Notes: generated by a model from the sequence alone, not told the origin. 62,405 nucleotides of DNA, filler included, from Choristocarpus tenellus KU-1152 (GCA_964200185.2; 12 parts of 12 records of this genome joined end to end with filler, not necessarily neighbours in it), one strand, 5' to 3'; shown: positions 52,501 to 62,405, counted from the first letter of the whole stretch. Numbers and translations are program-made.

Positions 52501-53766
52501 CTTATTGCAGAATACACTTACTACATTGTAGAATATATTTACCTTATTGCAGAATACACTTACTACATTGTACAATTTACTTACTCTATTGCAGAATACA
52601 CTTTTATTGTACAATTCACTTAGCTCATTGTATAATTCACTTACTATATTGTATAATTCACTTACTACATTTTATAATTTACTATGTTGTAGAATACACT
52701 TTACTACAATGTAGAATTCACTTACCTTATTGGAGAATACACTTACTACCTTTTATAATTTACTTACTATATTGCAGAATACACTTTTACTACATTATAG
52801 ATTTCACTTACTATATTGCAGAATACACCTACTACATTGTAGAATACATTTACCTTATTGCAGAATACACTTACTACATTGTACAATTCACTTACCTTAT
52901 TGTATAATACACTTCATTTTATAAAATATTAAAAGGGCTACACATGACTCACGCGCTCAATGCAGAATGTTTGTCCTTTTCTTTATTCTTTGTGCAGGGT
53001 GACTGTTGGATTGTCAAAAGTCAAAAGTGTGATGATGATGATACACTTGGATTGTCAAAAGTCAATAGTCAAAAATTTCGTGTTCATACCTCCAAGTAGT
53101 GTTTACCGTTATTTAATAGTAGAACCCTCCTGTGTGATAATGTGTTCTACCAAGAGAACTGTGGTAATAGTCTGGTTTGGGGGCTTAGAGTTGGAGTTTC
53201 ATGAGAAATAATCAGTGCCAAGGGGTGATATAGGGTCTGTATAATCTTGATGCTGAGGTGTGTGCTGAGAATGGATCACGGAATGGGTATGTGAGTGGAT
53301 CGCGACTGCAGAGCTTGGGGCACTTATTTTTTGTTACAGAAGTTAAATATGCTTTTTATATTTCAAGCAGCTCAGAGGTATGCCTAGCAATTGATCGAAG
53401 GCATGGACTAGTGCAACTCATGCACCGGGTGATTGGAAGTTGGGTGGAGTTAGTACTGTAGTTGATTTTATTGATTATTATTATTATTGTTATTATTATT
53501 TGTACTGTGGTGTGTACAAAGTATTGAATTAATGTCAAGTTCTGGTTGTTTGAGTGTAAGTTATTTTTTTCCTGTCCCGTGTTCCCCCCATATCTCTAAA
53601 CGTGCTGAAAGCAAACCTTGATCCCCTGCCTGCCTCTCTCACACTCTGGCATGGTATTCCATGACATATGTGATTCCTCCTTCTGGTGTAAATTAAAATA
53701 CAGTCCAAGATCCGCCGTTTCATTGGCTACTGCCCACAGGAGGATGCCCTCCTGGAGCTGCTTACG
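49504..53766 (+). CDS. ABC transporter subfamily A (end of a TM domain and start of the following NBD), internal exons
   Basis: Phase-consistent GT-AG exons 49504-49670, 50469-50737, 51739-51820, 52261-52352 and 53704-53766: FCLGDGL...[11 protein letters not shown]...LRKVY...[47 protein letters not shown]...[15 protein letters not shown] (Walker A and Q-loop typical of ABCA). Confidence 0.95.
51378..51468. repeat. AT-only ~27-bp tandem repeat (intronic)
   Basis: ATTATTATTTTAATTATATTT(T)ATTAT repeated. Confidence 0.8.
52358..52918. repeat. Intronic ~21-bp degenerate minisatellite (ATTGYAGAATWCACTTACTAY), >20 units
   Basis: Begins right after the exon donor at 52353. Confidence 0.9.
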
Positions 53767-54126
53767 GTAAACCATTTGAGTAGAATGTGTTTCTGTACCA
53801 TTACATTTTTCCCAGTACTATGTAGTTGTATCCATATGTATTCCATCTAATTTTGGCTAAATTGTTACATATACCCCCCTTGGAAGTACCCCTGCAGTAA
53901 GAAGTCCATGCAATGTATTAATGAAACAGTAATTGTTTAAAATACCAAACTGACAGTCTCTGGCATAACTTGAAGCTGCATAAAATTGTTGCAAGGTATG
54001 CTGCATTGCCATTATTTGAAGTCCACTGAAATTTCTTTCTTTTTTTTGCATGTTTTTTTTTAATGGTTTGGACCCTCACTTTCCAAATCGGTTTGAATTT
54101 TTGGTCTGTTCCCACTCACCCTCATG

Positions 54127-54321
54127 ATCCACAGTATCCCAGATGGGGGGTCAGGTGTCCATTCGGGGACTGTGTGAACCTTCAGTGATACTCAATTTCC
54201 TTGATGTGAATTAACCTTCCTTTTCCATCCCTAACCCTAACCCTGGACAAAATCCAAACGAAAATCGCCCCCAAATTAGGCATCAAACTGGGGTGTTTTA
54301 CAACACCGTATCAACCTGCCC

Positions 54322-54325
<4 letters not shown>
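54127..54325 (+). mobile_element. MITE family 3, running into poly-C at contig end
   Basis: GATCCACAGTATCCCAGATGGGGGG..GTGTCCATTCGGGG; aligns loosely with 515-789. Confidence 0.5.
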
Positions 54326-54389
<64 letters not shown>

Positions 54390-54576
54390 GCCGGGGGGGG
54401 GGGGGGGGGGGGGGCGTGGGGGGGGTCGCCGTGTACAAAAAAAAAAAAAAAAACACAACAAAAAAAAAAAAACTAANNNNNNNNNNNNNNNNNNNNNNNN
54501 NNNNNNNNNNNNNNNNNNNNTTAATTAATTAANNNNNNNNNNNNNNNNNNNNNNNNNNNNNNNNNNNNNNNNNNNN

Positions 54577-55115
54577 ATTCTCCATTGACACCCACTTTTT
54601 AGAACATACAGAATTCTATAGAAAACGTCATTGGCAGCACAGCACCATCTCTGCAAAGAGCGATGCAAGGAAGCAAAGGGGAAGATACAATGTATGAATT
54701 GACCAAAAATATATTTCTCACCTAGTTTCTTCTGTGCAATCGTACCCTGCAACCTCACAGCCATGCTACCAAGTCTCCATTGAACTATCCTCCCCTTCAA
54801 CTGACCCCAATCCAACTCTCTTTCTTCTTCAAATCGCACAGGCACAGGGTCTTGAAAGTTCCAAGGGGTGATGGTCAACACACTCTAGCACTGCATTGGT
54901 AAGACTAATGGAACCAGACAAACACCCCACACACTGTTGGTGGGCGGTCCACCCACTTTAATAAGGTGGGCCTCCATAAGATCAGTGCGGAATTTGTTGG
55001 CAGTGAGGAAGACGTAAGATATCCACCCAAATATTGTACAGGGAAAAATGTGCTCTGCAAGACGCATCCAGAATGCCTCAGACTCAAAAACGCGAGAATA
55101 TCCCAGTTCGGCACC
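54577..55115 (-). pseudogene. IS5-family-like (DUF4096, IS1031/IS427-type) transposase N-terminal fragment, cut by gap
   Basis: DVFYRILYVLKSGCQWR (54579-54629) followed by AT.. matches the bacterial (E/D)V..AILYVL(R/K)(T/S)GC.WR.LP motif; upstream SEAFWMRLAEHIFP...G weakly resembles the preceding LTD..W..(I/L).P.LP helix. Confidence 0.55.
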
Positions 55116-55637
55116 CTGACCAAAATTGGGAGGTGGGTGCGAGGAAATTAAGTGTGGGACGTGGTTGTGATAATGTGATGAGGGAACAGACATATGCTTG
55201 ATGTCTCTCTTGCTGCAATGCACTTCTGGAGTAGGAGGTCATTGGGAAGTAAGATTGCATCTGTACGTTAGTGCTTGCAACCCTCTCCTCAGATTCTCTG
55301 CATTGGTGATCATTGACGATGTTGAGGTTTCTTGCTGGGACTTGAGGTTTTTCTTTTGTTTTTGCATGTTTGATTCCTCCGTTGGCTGTTTCTACTTCTT
55401 CCACCTGTTTCCAACAATCAATACTTATCTTCTTGTATGGACTTTCTTCTACTCTCCATCCTGAATTCTACCTGGTGCTCTCCAACATAGTCCTTCCTAC
55501 ACAAGAAATTTATTGTTATCCTGGCACAGTAATATTACACAGCACGCATGACATTAAAATGGTTGCCAAGGGCACAGCTATGATTGAGAGGGAAACTATT
55601 CTTGCACTGGGGAGCCTAACTGAAAGCTACTCTGATC

Positions 55638-55895
55638 GAGTCAGAGCATTTAAGAGCGTGGACCCGCGTCCGTTTGGGATTATAAATCCAATGTTACGAT
55701 TTTGATGAATTTTGGCTATTGTGTTTGTTAGCAAGTGTCAATATCCTTGCTCTGGGCATACCTTTCATAGTCGTATACATTTTAGGTAACTGTGTTTACA
55801 CAGAAAACCGAAAAAGGGCACAAAAAACCGGTGGGAAGTCAAGCTCTGAATGGAGAATCCAGGCAAAACTTCTACCCTCCTAAATGCATTGGGTC
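55638..55895 (-). mobile_element. MITE family 1, full length, diverged
   Basis: 258 bp; flanked by ATC/ATC. Confidence 0.8.
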
Positions 55896-56594
55896 ATCAT
55901 CCTATCCCGGGTTAGGCTTACCTCATCATCAATGTCTGGGATGACAACAACAATATGCATCCATTCCTCCTGACCATCCACCCCATTGGAGTAGAGCACA
56001 ACAGGATCGGACTCGAGTCCTCCCCAGTAGTTCCGGTTTGTGGCAGCATACCACTTCTCCCAACACTCAAAGTATTGTGAGGACTCAGTGTATTCGCTGA
56101 GATAAGCTCGGACCTAGTCTTGTTTATATGTGTTGGTAAGTATGATTGACCATAGTTTATAGCTAGCGACAACATTTATATTTCTACCCTTGTGTCAAGT
56201 ATGCCCCAATTTTGCACTCTCTAATATTCAATACTTGCTTTCATCACATGTTGGCCCCACATCACTTTTGAGTTAGTTTTTCTTCTCCATAGCATGATAG
56301 TAACACGTTGGTGGACTCACTGTGGAAAAGAGGGACCAAGAACCATCGAGCATCCAAGCAGGTGTGCCATATGACTCTCTATCATCCTTCCACCTGACAG
56401 AAATGCAAGACAACAGTAGAAAGACAAGCAGGGTGATGTTTTGTGAGTTAAGTGCTTGAGGTGGCAGAGAAGATAGTCCCTCCTCCACCTTTGAGAGAGA
56501 AGAGGGTGGAACATATATTTTTTTGCACTACCGATAGAAGTACTGTAAGGGTACTGTTGAATACTTCTATGTAGGATATTGGGTCCTAAAGTCA

Positions 56595-56853
56595 GAGCGA
56601 AAGTATCTTAGAGGTTACGCGATTTGCCCTGTTTGTCCATTTGGGGCTTGACTTCCCACGAGTTTTTAATGACATTTTACCTACTCCGAAATGTTTCAGA
56701 GCAGGTAAAATGTATACATTATGAAAAAGTTTGTCCGGAACAAGGATATTGACACTTCCTAACAAACACAATAGCCAAAATCACATAAAAATCGCAAATT
56801 TGGATTTTGGCCCCCAAATGGACGCGACCCTACCCTCTAAGATACTTTGGCTC
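56595..56853 (+). mobile_element. MITE family 1, full length
   Basis: 259 bp; flanked by TCA/TCA. Confidence 0.95.
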
Positions 56854-56958
56854 TCAACACAGCTTTAACAGTACCTGGAGGCTTTGAAGTTGATCACCGT
56901 TCATTTCAATGTCATCAGTCAAAAGGCTAATTAAGAAACTCAGTAAAACATCACCAAG

Positions 56959-57217
56959 GAGTCAAAGTATCTTAGAGGGTAGATCTGCGTCCGTTTGGAG
57001 TCCAAAATCCAATGTTGCGATTATGATGCAATTTTGGCTATCATGTTTATTAGGAAGTGCCAATATCCTTGTTCTGGGCACAACTTTTCATAACATATAT
57101 ATTTTACCTACTCCAAAACATTTTGGAGTAGGAAAATGTCATAAAAAAACCCTTGGGAAGCCAAGCTCCAAATCGACAGACAAGGCAAATCTCGTACCCT
57201 CAAAGATACTTTCACTC
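56959..57217 (-). mobile_element. MITE family 1, full length
   Basis: 259 bp; flanked by AAG/AAG. Confidence 0.95.
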
Positions 57218-59008
57218 AAGGCCACATCTAAGGATATCAGTGTTCTAATGACGTACCAATCGCAAAATGGTATAGTGGACTTCCAAGTGGTTTTGTTTGT
57301 ACAAGAGTATTAGCCCGCCCCTTTGAATCTTGGAAGGTCTCAAATTTGAAAAAATGTGCCCTCTCTACCCGTTATAGAGTAGGAGACTCCTCGTGGTTGA
57401 AGGCTTAATGAAAACAGTAAGTCATCATGAAAATAAAAATAGTTATGTTGATGCTGAGAAAATGACAGTGATAATGAAAACGATGATACTGAGATTGATA
57501 CTGAGAATGAATTTGATAATGATAATGAAAATGATAATGAACATGAACATGAACAAGATGATAAACCATAGCCATGAGATTCAGGTATAGGGGATATGAT
57601 ATGGAAGAAAAACCTCTTGTATCAATCGAACACTCCGTGTGTTCCATCAACACAACTGGATGGACTTGCCGTACAACTTCTTCTATCCTGCCAGTCATCG
57701 TTTGAAAATGCTAACCATTCATCCAGGCAACATTGATCTTTGACAAAAAAGGAGAACAACATCTTAGGGCTCTGAAATCTCGTACAGGGCAAGGGTCTGA
57801 TACTCAGGGACCTTGTACCAATACATGCTATGCTATGGGCACATAAGGTCACGCACTCTGAAGTGTTTCTCAGCAATGACAAGGTCCTAGGACAATCCTA
57901 CCTTTTACCCGGATTTGCTACCAAGTAAGCACTGTATGCTGGTACTAGGTAAAACACAAGAGTCAAACAGTTTGTAATTGATGCTGGAGCTCTCTGAGTT
58001 TGAATCCTCGTTGCTCTTTTTGTTAGGATTGCTTCCTTTTACAGTCGTCATTGTAACACTCTTGAAACCTGCTGTACATTGTGTGTATGTTAGGACATTG
58101 AAGTAATCAAGTCCTTATCTTTTATCGTTGGGCATTCTTGCGCCAAGACAAGCTTCCTTCAATACTTTTCCTTACATCGTGTTAACACAGAACTTCGACA
58201 CGCCACTCTGGGCATCATCCTTGACACGACAAGGTCTTCAACTTCCTTCATTGTTGCATAATCAAACGCCTTGAGAGCACCTAATCGGGAGTGCTGCAGA
58301 TTTCGATCTTCTATTTAATGGGTACACCCCTACTCATGAAATACTGATGGGTCCCCAACCTTTCTCTCTCACCTGCAGATCCACATGGTGGCGTCCATAT
58401 TCAGGGTCAAGTCCACATACGGTTCACCTGTAGTGGTACCAGCCTGATCAAAGTCCGTCCTAACTAGTATCCCCCCCCGTAGACCATCAAAAAGGGTCAA
58501 GCTCGAGGAATAGCCAATGAGCTATGATTTGAGATAGTTTTAGCCACCGTGGTTGGAGGGTAGAGGGGTATCCATTCCGCATCAATAGAGTGAGGGGTGT
58601 GAGGGGAAGCAGGGGAGAAAAAAAGAAGGTTGAAAAATGTGGTGGGTACTTGGACGCCCCATTGGTGATGGCATTAGCTAATGGGCAGTAGACAAAATTA
58701 CTACCGAAGGAGGGACTCAGGGGGTTTTCACACCACTAGATAACGGAGGTAGCATTACCTGTGATCGATCATTATAGACCTTGCCATAATCTTCGTAATC
58801 TGGATCCTCCACAAAGCTTGCATCATATCCTGCCACTGTCACCGAGCACTCATCTCCGACCAGTGTTGCCTCTACCTCCACCTACTTCATGTGAGGATGG
58901 CAGGTTGTAGGAACGGGATTGAGTGCTGATATATGAGTGATGGACGGTAGGGTTGCAAGGAAAGAGATCGGAGCTCTATATATCGTAGTACAGACCCCCC
59001 CGAAAAAC

Positions 59009-59027
59009 GGTTCGAAGTATCTGGGGG
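59009..59027 (+). mobile_element. MITE family 2 terminus at contig end
   Basis: GGTTCGAAGTATCTGGGGG before the gap. Confidence 0.6.
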
Positions 59028-59127
59028 NNNNNNNNNNNNNNNNNNNNNNNNNNNNNNNNNNNNNNNNNNNNTTAATTAATTAANNNNNNNNNNNNNNNNN
59101 NNNNNNNNNNNNNNNNNNNNNNNNNNN

Positions 59128-59146
59128 CTCTGAGATACTTTCACTC
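59128..59146 (-). mobile_element. MITE family 1 terminus at contig start
   Basis: CTCTGAGATACTTTCACTC. Confidence 0.7.
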
Positions 59147-60084
59147 TCTCTCCCTTAACCTTCCCTTCGGGCGGCCACCCCGGTTCTCCCCTTCGCCCGC
59201 CGTGACCAGGCTTCCCCACAGGTTTTGTTACTGTACCACCTGGTGATGGACTTCCTGCTCTCTTCCTGCTTTCCCGAGGTGGTAGAAGATCCAACTACGT
59301 TTGTGTGGTAATGCTTTCCATGCATCTTCTCTCAACGTCAGTGTCACGACTGTGTGATCCATTGCGTGATTTGATTATGCTGCTGCGCCACACTACTCGC
59401 ACTTTCTCGTCGCCTAACATCGCACTGAGTATCACACGGTACATGCTTTTCTGTCACCTCTCGACAGAGAGGTGCCGAGGGTAGATCCGAGGGGAAGAGT
59501 GGTCTCGGCGGCTCTCCTTCTCTCACCGTCATGGTTCATGTTGCTGTGTGGGCCACGTGTGTGTGTGCTCACAGAAAGTCCGCAATCTTTTCTTTTTTTT
59601 TCGATATCACCACACGCGCCAAACTTGGGCAGCGACCTAACCCGCATCAGTGTTTACAGGGAATTCAGCCAACTACTTCATTTTTGTCCGTTTCGAAGTC
59701 GTGACCTTCAAAATTGTGCCGGATATGTTCCCCTGCGTTTTTGGCATTATTTGATTGGGACATAGCTCCCATTCCTCAAAGTCTGGACATTCGTGGATAC
59801 AAATCTTCAATAGGTCTTGTCATAAGCGTTCATGCGCTATATGTATTGTGTACAACTGTTTTGGCGATGAAAATAAACAAGATTTCCATAGATGGCGAAG
59901 CTACTGCTACCACTGTAGTGACTGAATGGATGAAGTAATACAAATGAGGGTTGGGGGATAGGTGGGTGTTGGAGGAAGGGGACTGTGAAGTCGTGCGAAT
60001 GATAGATACGTAATTATTTTATTATTTTGCTCTCTGACGTTTTTGCAGATGTGTCAGAGGAAAAATCAATGAAAAATATTCACA

Positions 60085-61839
60085 TGTCAGAAAAATCTCA
60101 TCTAGGGCTTTGCTGGTTTGAATCCACTATTCATGTCGGGGTTACCTTGTGCCAGTGGCGCATCTGACTCACACCACATCACTTGGCCTGGCCTCAATGG
60201 CAAGAGGTGACGCACGCAAATGTATATGGCCGTGTGCATAATCCTCATCAATGTCGGAGATCCCAAAAAAGGTGACCTGTCCCTGGCATTACCCCCCCCC
60301 AGTGTGGATTCTATCCGACACGAACACAAAAGTGGCTGGCCAGCACATGCCGCACAGGTCCATCTTTGGGAGGAAAAAAGACATTGATCCCGGAATGATC
60401 TCATGCACATGAGTGAAAGTACCTTAGAGGGTACGAGTTTTGCCCTGCTTGTCCATTTGAGGCTTGCCTTCCCTCAGGTGGGTTTACGACATTTTCCCTC
60501 TCCGAAATATTTCGGAGCAGGTAAAATGTATACGTTATGAAAAGGTCTGTCCGCAACAAGGATATTGACACCTCCTAACAAACACGATGGCCAAAAATAC
60601 ATCAAAATCACAACATTTGATTTTGGCCCCCAAATGGACACGGCTCTACCCTCTAAGATAATTTGGCTCACATGCCACCTAATATCTGGTCGTAAGTGGG
60701 GATGTGGGATTCTTCAACAGGCTGACGATTTACTATGAAAATAGCACCAATGCGAATCTTAAATATTGTGAATAACTCACCAAAATTTGACATTGGGGGG
60801 CATCCTTACTCTTGTACATCCCAAAAATGCATGGCGAGTAGGTCTTTGTCAGGCGGGTATTTGACAATAAAGGAGCTTGTATGGGAAGTATCAGATACTG
60901 AAAGACTATTGGACTCAGGTTGTGAAGCGCTCGTCTTCATGTTCAGTGTTTGCATGGCCGCCGCCATTAAACCTTGGTCATGCGGAGCCCCACTCATCGC
61001 CTCATCAACAATCTTGATGGCGCAGGCCAATTGACAATCCATGTAAATCTGGAGGTCGAACGTCGCCATGGTACCGTCTTCGCCCGTTCTTTCTTGGTCT
61101 TCAGCCAGCACGTCAAACCGGTTCAGGACCGAGTTATGGGCAGGGCCTTCCCTCAGCCTCTGCTCCGCCATCCCTTTCTGCTCTAGCAAGCCACCATGGG
61201 TGCCTTTGTCTACAGATGTAGACGCGGGAGTCGGTAGTGGTTGTGTGTTAGTGGTGCCCCCTTCTTTACCTCCATCAGTCATCGTGTTTATGGTCGCCCT
61301 CTTCTTCCCTTTCCTTGTAGCTGACTTCTCCTTTCTGTTGGCATTAGATGTGGTGGTAGGGTTAGCTGTAGGGTTGGAAGTGGTTCCCCTTCTCTGTGTA
61401 TTGAACGCCTCTGTGTGGTCAGACATAATGTGAAATGGTGAGTTAGCCCCCTTGAACACTCGGAATGAGTACCACTGAAAAGGGGCCTGGTTCTTTGTAA
61501 TGGGGGGTGATGAGAACCACCAGAGATGAGGTTCAGAAAGGAAGTGAAAGATGAGACTGCGGGATGCTGGGTGTGTGTTGACAGCTTCAGAGTGCCATGT
61601 GGATCAATTTTCAATATGATTGGTTGTGGCCAGTCAGAACAGAAAACATAATCTAGTGCTTTGCTGGTTTGAACCCACCGTTCAAGCCGGGGTTACCACA
61701 TGCCAGTCATGCGTCTGACCCACATCACATCACTTGGCCTGGCCTCAATGACAAAAGGTGACGCGCGCAAATGTATATGACCGCGCGTATTATCCTCATC
61801 AATGTCGGAGATCCCCAAAAAGGTGACCTGTCCCTGACA
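60085..61839 (-). mobile_element. Short non-autonomous LTR retroelement (~205-bp LTRs, gag-like remnant ORF)
   Basis: Direct repeats 60085-60288 and 61633-61839 with TG(T/C)CAG...CTGAC(A) ends; PPT GGGGGGGGGTAA (60289-60300, minus); TGG directly after the 5' LTR; ORF 60806-61459 on the same strand. Confidence 0.8.
60411..60669 (+). mobile_element. MITE family 1, full length, nested in the LTR element
   Basis: 259 bp; flanked by ACAT/ACAT. Confidence 0.95.
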
Positions 61840-62234
61840 TATTTACTATTTTTCTACCACCTATGCTGCACCACTGTCTTCTTCCTGTCTGTGTCTCTCC
61901 AACCTAGCTTAGTGTTGCACCCCAGGGTGAGGACCTAGGGAAGCATCCCAAGAATCTAACAAGTCCCTCCTTGCCCATCTCTCTGCTGTCTCAAGCTTAA
62001 AACGCATGACACATCTAGATAGGGCTACTTGCATTGTGACTGTAACTATCGGGCGTAGATAGGATTTGACAGCTCGTTTTCTGGTATAGCCTTCTGTCCC
62101 TCTCCCCCACTCCCCCCTTTCACGTGCATAGCTAGCTCACCCAGAACTTTCCGCTTGCTTACCGAGGTGCCCAAACGTTCCACCGCGAAGATGATCTGGT
62201 TATAACTAAGTTTTATTTTGTCATTATGCCCTCT

Positions 62235-62405
62235 GATATGCTGGAACTGCTCCCTACAGGGACAAAGATCTTCTGCTGGACGTCACCTTCGCAGAGGTAC
62301 CGGCCACCTCCCACCTCACCCACTCATCCGCCAGCAATGGTGTAGCTGCTGCTGCAACTGAGGCGCGAAAGCGCCTCCACTACGAGGGCTCCTTTGATCC
62401 TCGTA
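62235..62405 (+). mobile_element. Non-LTR retrotransposon fragment, restriction-like endonuclease (RLE) domain
   Basis: YRDKDLLLDVTFAEVPATSHL..SASNGVAAAATEARKRLHY matches the DVT...G.AA...E..K..HY pattern of CRE/NeSL-like RLE domains. Confidence 0.6.

Noticed and set aside
56909-57313. ORFs overlapping MITE copies (also 6384-6593, 13296-13712, 24693-25021, 60474-60671) as a small protein family
   Set aside because: Frames are not conserved between copies; chance ORFs in a non-coding element
57600-58450. Possible Copia gag remnant on minus
   Set aside because: Too degenerate; no zinc knuckle or protease motif recovered

Overview
Eukaryotic draft-genome window made of 12 contigs joined by 11 artificial 100-bp spacers (N-run + TTAATTAATTAA + N-run), so neighbouring contigs need not be adjacent in vivo. 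GT-AG introns, scattered TTAGGG/CCCTAA runs and the gene families present suggest a stramenopile, probably a brown alga or relative (inference). Host genes: the last 7 exons of a multi-pass membrane protein (minus, 32865-40531), 5 exons of an ABCA transporter (plus, 49504-53766) and a decayed GH128 beta-1,3-glucanase + WSC-like gene (minus, ~1750-4885). Much of the rest is mobile DNA: two Ty1/Copia remnants (one with an inverted integrase segment), a short LTR element, a DD39D-type mariner transposase remnant, an RLE-type LINE fragment, a SINE-like family and many minisatellites. The most notable signal is a dense group of three related MITE families (about 23 copies or fragments) with shared G-n4-AAAGTATCT termini, a shared GTCCATTTGGGG subterminal box and mixed 3-/4-bp target duplications. 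A bacterial IS5-type (DUF4096-like, ILYVLKSGCQWR) transposase fragment in the same window is a candidate, unproven, mobiliser. All family assignments are by manual motif recognition; no searches were run.
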